Shown piece by piece: positions 27,093 through 36,300 of a stretch of DNA of 64,000 bases. The position numbers were made by a program, and so were the translations under genes. Every line of letters begins with the position of its first letter. Positions within the stretch are counted from its first letter, which is position 1. The stretch is from IMG/VR virus record IMGVR_UViG_3300033145_000192, positions 64,001 to 128,000 of that record; one strand, given 5' to 3'. A model generated the notes under the pieces. The model was not told the origin of the DNA. It ran no database searches and saw nothing but the letters and a program-made list of their open reading frames with translations. This DNA comes from a virus.

Positions 27093-27564
27093 AAATTACC
27101 ACCACTTCATATGGAACACCATCGCCAACAATCTTATCGAGACTGACCAGCGCAAGGTGGAACTTCTTCCTGTCTCCACCCTTCTTTACTGTCACATTGG
27201 ATGGTTCAAGAATATACTCGCGCAGCTTGCCTAACTCGAACTTGTAAATGTTCCTAGACTCGCCCGCCGGAACTACATAGTAGACATCGTGTGCCTTGGT
27301 CCCAAGCATACCAGTGAGCTTCTTGCCATTAGAAAGTTCAAAACAAAGGTTTCCGGTCTTCTCAGCCATGACATCGAACTTCACTTCAATGTCTACTGGC
27401 GTGCCATCAAGCCCGTTTGGGTATGACCGAATATCGCCATGCTCCTGTTCCTTCTTGCCCTCAAGTTCATGACACGTAATGTCATTGTCTACGAGGTGGT
27501 CCATCACAATCTCGACTGCTTCCTGTGAAAGTGCTAAGTCTTTCCTAAATGAGTAATGCGCCAT
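27085..27564 (-). CDS. PD-(D/E)XK-like hypothetical nuclease
   Basis: GDI....DIEVK.D...TGNLCFE resembles the D..E-x-K core of restriction-like folds. Confidence 0.45.
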   Translation of the reverse strand: MAHYSFRKDLALSQEAVEIVMDHLVDNDITCHELEGKKEQEHGDIRSYPNGLDGTPVDIEVKFDVMAEKTGNLCFELSNGKKLTGMLGTKAHDVYYVVPAGESRNIYKFELGKLREYILEPSNVTVKKGGDRKKFHLALVSLDKIVGDGVPYEVVVICA

Positions 27565-27579
27565 TTTCAGTGCTCCAAG

Positions 27580-28074
27580 CTATTGTTTTCCTGTGCTTCC
27601 AAATCCACCATCTCCACGAAGCGTTGCATCAAGGTCATCCACTGAAGCAAACATCGCTTGAGGTGCCTTCTTCAAAACAAACTGAGCAATACGCTCATTG
27701 GCTTCAATCGCATACGGCTCTTCGGTGTTGTTGTGCAACAGCACCATGCACGGCCCGCGATAGCCAGAATCAATTGTGCCAGGAGAGTTGGCGACTACAA
27801 TGCCGCGCTTTGCTAGTCCACTCCTAGAACGAACTTGTATCTCCCAGCCCTTCGGGATTGCCATGCGGAAGCCTAGCGAAATTAGCTTTGTTTCTCCAGG
27901 CGCAAGAAAGTATCCGCCCTTTTTAACAATAGCTGAGTTACCACTAGACTGGCCGGTATAGCGTCCAGACTCATTGACTGGGTTCTGGATAGCTCGAACA
28001 TCGGCACCCGCATCTCCAGCATGCTTATACTCTGGCAGACTGCCGCCCTCTAGTTTTACCTTAACCAGTTCCAT
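27580..28074 (-). CDS. dut: Trimeric dUTPase
   Basis: AGADV, RSRSGLA, GTIDSGYRG, RIAQFV, RGDGGFGSTG (motifs I-V); start ATG 28074 after GGAGGAGG. Confidence 0.95.
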   Translation of the reverse strand: MELVKVKLEGGSLPEYKHAGDAGADVRAIQNPVNESGRYTGQSSGNSAIVKKGGYFLAPGETKLISLGFRMAIPKGWEIQVRSRSGLAKRGIVVANSPGTIDSGYRGPCMVLLHNNTEEPYAIEANERIAQFVLKKAPQAMFASVDDLDATLRGDGGFGSTGKQ

Positions 28075-29854
28075 TGATTTCCTCCTCCATGTCACCGAGC
28101 ACGTCCATAGTTTTGAGACCAAGGACATCCATTTTAACGTATCCCATACCATCAAGAGTCTCACCATCATACTCGGTGATTTTGACCTTGTCCTTCGTGT
28201 CCCACCTTAGCGGAACGCCACCATTCTCGAATGGCTCATCGGAAATAATCAAACCAGCGGCATGCTTGCCTCTACTCTTCTGGCAACCTTGTAGTTTCTT
28301 AGCAATCCTAAATAGCCTCGGATGCTTCTTTTCGTATTCCTGTAGTCTCTCAGAGTTCTCTAGTGCCTTCTCGATTGTCTTTGCCTTGAGACCAACCAAA
28401 CGTGTCATTACGTTGGCGTCCTCAAAGCTCATTCCATTCTTCCCTAGCACCTTCGCAACGTCCTTCAGCACTGCCTTTGGCATCAGTCTATTGAACGTGA
28501 CCATCTGGGCAACCCTATCCTCACCGAACCTATCTCGGATGTAGTTGATTACCTTTCCACGATTCTTCTTAGAGAAGTCCATGTCGATGTCAGCAAGTGA
28601 GCCCTTACGCCCAGCGTTGTAGAACCTTTCCCAAATCAAACCGAATTTAATCGGCTCAATCTCGGTGATGCTCAAGCAATAAGACACCAGAGAGCCAGCA
28701 GCACTACCTCTGCCTGGTCCCACCGAAATCCCCTCACTGCGAGCCCAACTAACAATGTCCCAAACAATGAGGAAATAGTCGGCCAGCCCCGCGTCTTTGA
28801 TGTCGGCCATCTCTTTTGCGATGCGAGCCTGGTATACTTCTGACGCATCTCCCAGTCTATGTCCGAATACCATCCCATAGCCATCCTCCACTAGTTTTTC
28901 TAAATACTGGAATGAATCGAAACGGATATCTGGAATGAATGCATACTTCGGTAGATGCATCTTCTTCTCAATCTCAACGTCCCCGATTCTATCTACGACC
29001 TCAAGGGTAGCCTCTAGTTCATGTTGAAGCAGACTGGTCATCCTCTGCTCGTTGTTCTCTGTGGTTAGAGGCTCGCCAAGAATATGGTGAGCATCCTTCA
29101 GCCAATACTCTCGTGTTGAGTAGTATGGACGGAATCCACGGCCCTTTCCATATCCGATTGGAGTATCAAACGTGTGGCCAGTTCTGATTGCCCAAATGCC
29201 CTCGTGTGCCTCTACGTCTTCTTTGTCGATGTAATGGGAATCAATCGTTCCAACGCACTTCATATCCAGCTTACGACCCATTAGACGCAATGCCTGGTTA
29301 ACTTCCGGCTGGACATCTAGTCCACCGTCTTGAACTTCTAGGTAGAGTCTATCACCGAAAATCCCTCTGAGCATGACGAGATTCTTCATTGCCTCGTCGA
29401 AGTCCTTCTCAGCTAGGTTGTAAGGCACGATTCCCTTAAGGCAGCCGGTCAGACAGATGATGCCATCCGAGTGAAGGGTAAGGTCTTTGTAGTCGATGCG
29501 CGGCACGTAGTAGAACTTCTCGTTCGCCTTCGTCGTTAGCTTCTTTATGTTAATCCAGCCTTCTGCATTCATTGCTAGAAGAACTAGGTGGTGGGCCAAC
29601 CTTTTCTTGTCGGCCCTAGACTGCTCTGCATCAGCGACCATATAGAACTCAGATGCGAAGATTGGCTTAATCCCCTGCTTCTTGCACTCTCTGAAGAACT
29701 CAGGAACTCCAGCGATTGTGCCGTGGTCAGTAAGTGCAATTGCCTTATGACCAAACTCCAATGCTCGCTTAACAAGCTGTGGAATCTTGGCAATAGCGTC
29801 GAGTTCGCTATAAGTGCTGTGAGTGTGGAGGTGGGCCATTTCAACTTTTTTCAT
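28061..29854 (-). CDS. dnaE: DNA polymerase III alpha (DnaE), N-terminal half: PHP and catalytic palm
   Basis: HLHTHSTYS, TDHG, HHLVLLA, DSHY (PHP); GPGRGSAAGSLVSY, ERF.N, ADIDMDF and VKMDVLGL supply the three catalytic Asp. Confidence 0.95.
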   Translation of the reverse strand: MKKVEMAHLHTHSTYSELDAIAKIPQLVKRALEFGHKAIALTDHGTIAGVPEFFRECKKQGIKPIFASEFYMVADAEQSRADKKRLAHHLVLLAMNAEGWINIKKLTTKANEKFYYVPRIDYKDLTLHSDGIICLTGCLKGIVPYNLAEKDFDEAMKNLVMLRGIFGDRLYLEVQDGGLDVQPEVNQALRLMGRKLDMKCVGTIDSHYIDKEDVEAHEGIWAIRTGHTFDTPIGYGKGRGFRPYYSTREYWLKDAHHILGEPLTTENNEQRMTSLLQHELEATLEVVDRIGDVEIEKKMHLPKYAFIPDIRFDSFQYLEKLVEDGYGMVFGHRLGDASEVYQARIAKEMADIKDAGLADYFLIVWDIVSWARSEGISVGPGRGSAAGSLVSYCLSITEIEPIKFGLIWERFYNAGRKGSLADIDMDFSKKNRGKVINYIRDRFGEDRVAQMVTFNRLMPKAVLKDVAKVLGKNGMSFEDANVMTRLVGLKAKTIEKALENSERLQEYEKKHPRLFRIAKKLQGCQKSRGKHAAGLIISDEPFENGGVPLRWDTKDKVKITEYDGETLDGMGYVKMDVLGLKTMDVLGDMEEEINGTG

Positions 29855-30077
29855 TTTTCAACACCTTAAATCTTACTTCTATCTCTGAGTCATCTAAGAA
29901 TAGCGGCTCTGTGTGCCATGCTGGAGTCTCTAGGCAATTATCATAGGTTACGCCAGCCAGCTTGTAACCGTTGATTACTCGTCTGGCTGTGTTTGCGTAT
30001 ATCCAAATGTTATGCCACTCACTCGTCAGTCTGAACAGGTATCTCGGGTGTGTATTCACCGCCCCTGTGGATTTCAT
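29841..30077 (-). CDS. Hypothetical protein (start uncertain)
   Basis: Fills the gap between the nuclease and dnaE-N; no recognisable motif. Confidence 0.35.
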   Translation of the reverse strand: MKSTGAVNTHPRYLFRLTSEWHNIWIYANTARRVINGYKLAGVTYDNCLETPAWHTEPLFLDDSEIEVRFKVLKNEKS

Positions 30078-31116
30078 TGTGCCCCCTACAAGCGTAAGTC
30101 ATTTTGTCTACACTGTTTATCCTCACTGCGTCGGGATTTTCTACCCGCAGACCGCCGTGACAAGGGTTCTCGTCTCCTTCCATCCTACATGAGATAATAG
30201 GTAGACTGAATTGTCTGTCAACGGTGAATTTATTACGAATCTTGCCACACGCTTCCCACCCGATGCAATAGTTGCAAAGCCAACTCTTTATCCTGAGAGG
30301 GTTTACGTTTCTCGTGATTTGATTCCAGTTGTTCTTGAGACTTTTAACCGTCAGTTCGTTCATCTCTGTTGTGATTGGAACTGTGACTGGACCTTTTCTC
30401 AGGAACCACAAGGTAACAAGGACGTATTTGTATTGAGGGTATAGCTGAGAGATAATCTTGCCATACAGCCTAACCTGTGGGTCCTTGTAAGCTGCCGCAT
30501 AGCTCATCGCCCTGCCGCCAGTCTTGTAGTCAACGACCTCAATCGTGTCGGCATCCTCTTCAACTGCTAGGTCAAGGAAGGCCCGAAGCGGAATTCCATC
30601 TATCTCGCCATCGAACTTGAGTTCTACGCCCAATATCTTCTTCTTGAAATCTCCATCCTTATTGCGGTTCAAGACCTGGCAATCCTTCGACTTGATGGCA
30701 CCTTCGACTAGAGCAAGGTCATCATCGTAGTTGACACGAGGACATCCATCAACAATGCCCACTGGGACTGACAAAATAGAACATTCGCCACCCTTGGTCA
30801 TGTGCGGACAAAGTTCACAGTTCTTCGCTTGTGGGTAAGGGTCTCCACGCTCAGGCTTTCGGTCGTCCAGAAGCCAGAGGCGATGCTCGACATAGTAGTC
30901 ACGCAGCGTTTTTACGTAATCAATTTCGGCATTCTCTTCTTTCCCGAGAACCGCATTTACCCACTGCTCAAGCACCTCATGAACGGCAGAGCCCTTGTGA
31001 GTATAGATGTTTCCCTTCCTGGTCTCAGGAATCTTGAGATGATACTCGATAAAGTATTTCATCTCACATTGCTTGTTTGTCTTGATTCTAGAAGCACTTG
31101 CTGCTGACATATCCAT
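30019..31116 (-). CDS. PD-(D/E)XK exonuclease, Cas4/AddB-like with Fe-S cysteines
   Basis: N-terminal KQC..KY, KGSAVHEVLE, LRAFLDL..EVVDYKTG, QVRLY, C-terminal CNYCIGWEAC. Confidence 0.8.
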   Translation of the reverse strand: MDMSAASASRIKTNKQCEMKYFIEYHLKIPETRKGNIYTHKGSAVHEVLEQWVNAVLGKEENAEIDYVKTLRDYYVEHRLWLLDDRKPERGDPYPQAKNCELCPHMTKGGECSILSVPVGIVDGCPRVNYDDDLALVEGAIKSKDCQVLNRNKDGDFKKKILGVELKFDGEIDGIPLRAFLDLAVEEDADTIEVVDYKTGGRAMSYAAAYKDPQVRLYGKIISQLYPQYKYVLVTLWFLRKGPVTVPITTEMNELTVKSLKNNWNQITRNVNPLRIKSWLCNYCIGWEACGKIRNKFTVDRQFSLPIISCRMEGDENPCHGGLRVENPDAVRINSVDKMTYACRGHNEIHRGGEYTPEIPVQTDE

Positions 31117-31161
31117 TGTTATGTTTCTCCTAACCTATCCTGCATAGTTCCCGCGCCGACC

Positions 31162-31776
31162 TCAACTATTAGTTCCGAAAACTGCTGGGCAGTGCGCCCT
31201 CAATGTTTCCTGAGCATCATTCATAATCTCTTGAATCTGCGGGTGAGCCCTTGGATTCTCTGACGTTCGGAGAGAGAACACATGGAGCCATTCTCTAAAG
31301 TTGCACGTCATCACTATTTCCGTCTTAAGACAGTTCGGCAAAACCGAGCGAGCTATCTGTGGTGACTCACCTATCTGGAGTAGCATCAAGTAGGCAGCTT
31401 CGGCCTGCTCACATGCATTCTTCCAGACACTAGCACCGTCTTCTGTTTGTAGTGGCGGCTCAATAAACTTGACCTGTCCACCGAACTTTGTCTTGCCATA
31501 GTTGCAGTAACGAGTGCTCTCCTGGCTGTATGCTGCAAGTCTATGACGCACCATCTCGTGTGTAACTCCTCTGTCACACACAAACCTAAAGGAAGCAGAG
31601 CCATGCTCAAGAACTGACCAGTGCCCCATGTCCTTAATCTTCTTGACAAACTTGACTGCGGAGCTAGGAGTAATCTTGTCTTCCGATTTGTAACAAGTCC
31701 TACCGGCGGCTTCAATCACTTGTTCGGGATTAGGTGTTATCCATACCAATGTAGCAGATGGTTTCACTATTAACAT
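31162..31776 (-). CDS. thyX: FAD-dependent thymidylate synthase
   Basis: AGRTCY, GHWSVLEH, HEMVRHR..SQESTRY, ARSVLPN, N.REW.H, AHPQI. Confidence 0.95.
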   Translation of the reverse strand: MLIVKPSATLVWITPNPEQVIEAAGRTCYKSEDKITPSSAVKFVKKIKDMGHWSVLEHGSASFRFVCDRGVTHEMVRHRLAAYSQESTRYCNYGKTKFGGQVKFIEPPLQTEDGASVWKNACEQAEAAYLMLLQIGESPQIARSVLPNCLKTEIVMTCNFREWLHVFSLRTSENPRAHPQIQEIMNDAQETLRAHCPAVFGTNS

Positions 31777-32408
31777 GTCGATTCCTTTGTAAAGGGGTCC
31801 TTTGCATTAGGATGCTTGTCAACGATGGCAGCAGCCTTTTTATTAAACTCTGCTAGGAGTTCAATTGGTAGCGACGGTGGCCTGTCGTCAACCCACTTCT
31901 TTACCATCATAGCATCCCGGAGAACCATAAGGCTAGCAATCGCCTTAATAATGTGGTTCAGTCCGCTGTCTGGGTCAATGTCCTGGCCAAAGTCCCACCA
32001 TGCGGTGAGATGTCTAAATGCTGCATCGTGATATACAGAGGCCCTTACGCCCTTAATTCTATAGTTGTGCCTACCATACTTTCTCGCACCTTCAAGCATT
32101 GCTAGGCCAAGCTCCAGCATCACACCATTGGATACTGTGCTAATCGGAGCCTTCCTGACACCAACTGCATCCTTCGGATTTGTGTCCTTGATGCTTTGCG
32201 ACAACTTGGAATCCCTCATCTCCTTGATGGTTGGTGCGTTCCGCTTATTCTCTTCAATCATCTCTTTACGAGCATGCTCGAATTCTTCCGCAGACATCTG
32301 TGGACCTCCACCAAGACACATAGGAATATCTTCATCGTTGTTCACGGGGCCAGGAAGGTCCCTATCCTTCTTCCATCCATACTCACCGTGGGTAAGACCG
32401 TCGCCCAT
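31770..32408 (-). CDS. dATP/dGTP diphosphohydrolase domain protein (DUF5664-like)
   Basis: NPKDAVG..K, AMLEGARKYGRHNY, DAAFRHL.AW, D.DSGLNH. Confidence 0.8.
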   Translation of the reverse strand: MGDGLTHGEYGWKKDRDLPGPVNNDEDIPMCLGGGPQMSAEEFEHARKEMIEENKRNAPTIKEMRDSKLSQSIKDTNPKDAVGVRKAPISTVSNGVMLELGLAMLEGARKYGRHNYRIKGVRASVYHDAAFRHLTAWWDFGQDIDPDSGLNHIIKAIASLMVLRDAMMVKKWVDDRPPSLPIELLAEFNKKAAAIVDKHPNAKDPFTKESTC

Positions 32409-32986
32409 TATACCAACTCCTCAGCTTCAAGGAACTCAGACCAATCGCACACTCTGGTAAACCAGCCTAGCGAATCGTCTAGCTTTCTGTTGTAGGGCGC
32501 GTCCATGCAATACACGGTAGCCCTTGTTCCAGTAGTGATTTGCTCGACAGTCTTCGGACTGTCATCAATGAATACGTCCACGCCAAGCTCTTGAATGATT
32601 GGGGCCTTATTTCCCTTGGCAAAGATGATGTTGGCCTTTGGAAAGCCAGCTTCTTCGATAGCATCAATCGTGTCTTGTCTGGCATACTCTGGCCTATTTG
32701 TGATGAACACAATCTCGTGACCAGCAGCGACAATGATGTCTAGGGCAGCCAGCGTCCCTGGCAGAATTTCTAAGTTCCTGTAGCCATGGCCAGCCATACC
32801 AAACCTATCGAACTCTTTCCAGAAAGTAGCTTCTGATAGTCCGTCAATGCACTCATGCCAATAGTATGATGTAATCTCTTCATACTTATACTCAACGCCA
32901 CATGTCCTTTGGAGCCATGCGCCGAACAAACTCATGAAGTCGAAACAAACACCATCCAGGTCAACTCCGTATCTCTTCTTTGACAT
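32408..32986 (-). CDS. 5'(3')-deoxyribonucleotidase, HAD family (NT5C-like)
   Basis: GVDLDGV, FITNR, FIDDSP, PYNR. Confidence 0.85.
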   Translation of the reverse strand: MSKKRYGVDLDGVCFDFMSLFGAWLQRTCGVEYKYEEITSYYWHECIDGLSEATFWKEFDRFGMAGHGYRNLEILPGTLAALDIIVAAGHEIVFITNRPEYARQDTIDAIEEAGFPKANIIFAKGNKAPIIQELGVDVFIDDSPKTVEQITTGTRATVYCMDAPYNRKLDDSLGWFTRVCDWSEFLEAEELV

Positions 32987-33983
32987 TGAAAGCCTCTCTT
33001 ATTTCCTCAGTCGTCAAATCCCCTATGTCATTTCTGCCTTCTGGCAAACTGACGACTTCCACATCGAAAAAGTTACTTGCAGTCTTGACTGCCGCGTGCA
33101 TTCCACTAATGCCTGCTGCATCGTTATCTAGGGCAAGCCTTAGTTTGAAAGCCTGCACGTTCATCAAAATCTGCATCTGCTCGTTGTATAGCGTTTTTCC
33201 TAAGACAGCGACAGAATTTCTAACACCCGCATCTTCTAGGCGAAGAACATCAAGCGGGCCTTCACAAACAATGACCTCGCTCAAATCCCTAATGTGGTCC
33301 TTTGCCCTGTCAATGTTAAATAGGTTGTGCTTCGCATCGTAGTCTCTGCTGTGCAACCACTTGGGAGTGTTGCGGGCCTTCCAGTCTTCATAGAGAGTCC
33401 TGCCGGTAAAGCCGACAATCTCTCCATCTATATTGCGAATTGGGAACACCACCCTATTTGACATATACTTACCAGTGCTTTGGCCAACCCCCACATGGTA
33501 TTCTTCGACAATCTCTCTGGAGAATCCTCGCTCTTCTTCAAGATATCCGTGATATTGTAGCGACGACAAACACGTCTCGGGATAAACTTGCTTCCTGCTC
33601 TTTGTCCTCCTTGCCTTGACAACGAATTCTCGGTTCTGTCTTTCATCTCTAATCTTCCTCAATTCCTCTGGGGAGATATCTAGATTTACAAACCCCTTCA
33701 CGTATTCTATTGCTTCGACAAACGAATAGCTCTTCAGCGCCTTAACTAAACCGAAGATATCGGCATCATACTTGGTATGGCAGTGACGAGAAAAGCACGA
33801 CCAGATACAGCGGTCAACGTGCCAACTCCAAGAGTCGTGTCTACTGCTCCCATGAACAGGGCACGGCCCGGTTAGAGAATGATATCTGTCCCTGTATTCC
33901 ACACCGAGGTCATCCAGAATCTCATGTATCTTAGCTGCTGCAAGGTCTTTGATTACTTTAATGGTTTCACTGTCTGCAAACAT
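32961..33983 (-). CDS. dnaG: DNA primase (Zn finger plus Toprim)
   Basis: CPVH..WSCFSRHC Zn finger, RVVFPIRN..GEIVGFTGR, PKW, VCEGPLD, LALDNDAAG, NDIGD; start ATG 33983. Confidence 0.9.
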   Translation of the reverse strand: MFADSETIKVIKDLAAAKIHEILDDLGVEYRDRYHSLTGPCPVHGSSRHDSWSWHVDRCIWSCFSRHCHTKYDADIFGLVKALKSYSFVEAIEYVKGFVNLDISPEELRKIRDERQNREFVVKARRTKSRKQVYPETCLSSLQYHGYLEEERGFSREIVEEYHVGVGQSTGKYMSNRVVFPIRNIDGEIVGFTGRTLYEDWKARNTPKWLHSRDYDAKHNLFNIDRAKDHIRDLSEVIVCEGPLDVLRLEDAGVRNSVAVLGKTLYNEQMQILMNVQAFKLRLALDNDAAGISGMHAAVKTASNFFDVEVVSLPEGRNDIGDLTTEEIREAFNVKEEIRS

Positions 33984-34023
33984 TTTTAGCCTCAAGTCCT
34001 TTAGAAGTTAAGTCAAGTCCCGA

Positions 34024-35493
34024 CTATTCCTCCCTCGTGTCTCCTAGAAGAGTTGGTGTCTCTTCGTCATTCAGTCTGTCGCGAATCTGTCTGAGGTTCT
34101 GAATACTAGCAGTAATCTCTGAGTTCCTCTTGTCTTCCTTCAACCTGCACGAGCTTCGGTCGAAGTGGAAGTTAATCCAATCATCATAGTCATGCCCTGG
34201 ACCGTGGCGAGCGAGAATGACCTTCGCCATGTGGTCACCTCTCTGGGTGCCGTCCAGTTCAATCTCTTCAGGTCTCTTCTTTCTGAACAGTGTCAATGAG
34301 TCAAGATTATGACTGATTCTATCAGAACCGGCGATTGTGGATACGCTGTCCACCTTCAGTGCTTCGCGATTCAACTGTCCGAATACGAGAATTGGAATGT
34401 TCTCCTGAACTGCTAGGTCATGTAGCGCCGAGATTAGGAATCCCAGCATTTGCCACTCTGCTGCGTTCTTGAGGTCCTTCGGGTTGGACAGCTTGACATA
34501 ATCATACACGACCAGGCATCTTGGCGTTGGGCCTTTCGAACGACCAACATTTCTCCTGACGAACTTGCGAACTACTGGTATGACGTGATTAACACTTCGG
34601 CCAGCGATGTTCTTGTAGAAGAATGGTGCGTCCTTCACCTTTGCGAAGGCTTCCTTGAGTAGCTCAATTTGGTCTGGCTTTGACTTCCATGTTCCGCTCT
34701 CGATTACATCGAACGGGATGCCAGTGAGTAGCGAGCAAATCCTCATCTGTTGGTCACGAAGCAGTAGCTCGGAATCCAGATACAGGACCGGCAATTTGCC
34801 GAAGTCTGCGCTACCCTCTATGGCGACCATAGCCCCAGCATGTGCAGCGATTTGTGATTTACCAGCCTTAGCTCTGGCGAAAATACCAGTGACGGTTCCA
34901 TTCTTGATTCCGCCACAGTCTCTCTGCCATCTCTTGAAGCCGATGTCTAGCGACTGAACGAAGTCCCCATCAGCAAAGCTCTGAATGGTCTCCTCAAATG
35001 TATCTGCTAGGTTCTCTACGTCCTCCTGTCCTTCGTCTATATACTTGATGGTCTTGAAGACATTGTCCTCTACCATGTTCCTAAGTTCGAGTGGACTTCC
35101 ACTGAAGCTCTCGATGTCATCCTTTAGATAATCAAACGTGCCTATCATCTGACGCTTGATGGATGCCATCTTAATAGCGCCAACATGCTTCATTATCGCT
35201 TCGGGATTGATTGAATCTCTAGTGGCTTCTAGCGCCTCAATAAGCGCACCATTTTGTGTAGCTCCCAAGAAATCCTTCAGGCCCTTCTCTTCAGCCTTGC
35301 TAATCAGGACGTAGCTGTCCAGTTTTGTAGATGGGTCTTCGGTGACAATATCACGCATCAGCCCATAAATCATCTGGTTGCCATTGTTAGTGAAGTCATC
35401 TACGTCTAGAATGTCGTCTACTAAAAGCAGCGTATCAGGCTGCTTCAGTAGTATTGCCAATACCGCTCTCTCAGCCCCTATCGCTTGAAGCAT
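34024..35493 (-). CDS. dnaB: Replicative DNA helicase, DnaB-like
   Basis: AERAVL, Walker A ARAKAGKS, LYLDSE, VVYDYVKL, FGQLNR, GSDRI, LARHGP; start ATG 35493 after GGAGG. Confidence 0.9.
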   Translation of the reverse strand: MLQAIGAERAVLAILLKQPDTLLLVDDILDVDDFTNNGNQMIYGLMRDIVTEDPSTKLDSYVLISKAEEKGLKDFLGATQNGALIEALEATRDSINPEAIMKHVGAIKMASIKRQMIGTFDYLKDDIESFSGSPLELRNMVEDNVFKTIKYIDEGQEDVENLADTFEETIQSFADGDFVQSLDIGFKRWQRDCGGIKNGTVTGIFARAKAGKSQIAAHAGAMVAIEGSADFGKLPVLYLDSELLLRDQQMRICSLLTGIPFDVIESGTWKSKPDQIELLKEAFAKVKDAPFFYKNIAGRSVNHVIPVVRKFVRRNVGRSKGPTPRCLVVYDYVKLSNPKDLKNAAEWQMLGFLISALHDLAVQENIPILVFGQLNREALKVDSVSTIAGSDRISHNLDSLTLFRKKRPEEIELDGTQRGDHMAKVILARHGPGHDYDDWINFHFDRSSCRLKEDKRNSEITASIQNLRQIRDRLNDEETPTLLGDTREE

Positions 35494-35851
35494 CGTATGC
35501 CCTCCATTTGGCTTCCCGGACCTTGCGGTCATAAATCTTCTTGTAAAGGTCTATCTTGACCTTAACGGCTTCCGTGAATGGTTTTATTTGATTCAACTTG
35601 ACACGTTCATTCTTGTCGCCATTGAACTGGACACGAGAAAATATCTGGCCCATCTCGGCGTTAAGGAATGTGTAGTATCCGTCTAAAATTACCAGATGCT
35701 CACCGAACTCATCAAGTGACATGCTGCTAATGTCTACTCCAGTTAGGTTCATTGCCTTAGCAATTGGGTCGCTTTCTGGTCGTGATACGAATTGAAAGCC
35801 CACTTTGCTTCTCCACGTCGATATGTGATTTCTAAGTTCTTCACTTGTCAT
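35471..35851 (-). CDS. Hypothetical protein (helical)
   Basis: 126-aa ORF with RBS, coupled to the helicase gene. Confidence 0.55.
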   Translation of the reverse strand: MTSEELRNHISTWRSKVGFQFVSRPESDPIAKAMNLTGVDISSMSLDEFGEHLVILDGYYTFLNAEMGQIFSRVQFNGDKNERVKLNQIKPFTEAVKVKIDLYKKIYDRKVREAKWRAYDASSDRG

Positions 35852-35896
35852 GCTGCATCTCCTTGCCGTGGATGATTGGGCGAGTCAATTGGAGAG

Positions 35897-36295
35897 TCAA
35901 GGCAGCAGATTTATTATGTTTTCTCTGTCCTCGCCCCACTCGATTTCTATGAGGGTGATTTTGTTTATTTCGCACCACTCCTTCTTTCGCTTGTCCCTGC
36001 CCTGAGATGCCTTGAACGCGGCCTTGTCGTGATGGAAGAACGGGTTGAATGTGTGGTGTTGCGAACCCTGGACTTCAATTGCTAGGAGTCTTCTAGGGAG
36101 AAAGAAGTCTAGCGACAATCCCTCGCCCTTACAGGGGAACTCCTCTAAGATGATGTCGGTCGGATATGTCTCATCGAGGATTTCACCCACCTCGCTTTGA
36201 AACAGTCCCCGACCTTCACCCGCCTCTTTGCGCGGCCACCTGGACGGACGAATGTCTATCTTGTGTTCGCGGCCTCTTGTGTCAAAAAATCGCAC
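35897..36295 (-). CDS. DUF559/Vsr-like endonuclease
   Basis: LSLDFFLP...AIEVQGSQH...FH..DKRKKEWC...ITLIEI. Confidence 0.65.
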   Translation of the reverse strand: MRFFDTRGREHKIDIRPSRWPRKEAGEGRGLFQSEVGEILDETYPTDIILEEFPCKGEGLSLDFFLPRRLLAIEVQGSQHHTFNPFFHHDKAAFKASQGRDKRKKEWCEINKITLIEIEWGEDRENIINLLP

Positions 36296-36300
36296 AGCAC

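Noticed and set aside
26309-28060. Split intein or group I intron explaining the dnaE break
   Set aside because: There is no Cys-start intein N-part after the N half and no His-Asn-Cys/Ser before the C half; the gap is filled by intact coupled genes with no room for a ribozyme core.
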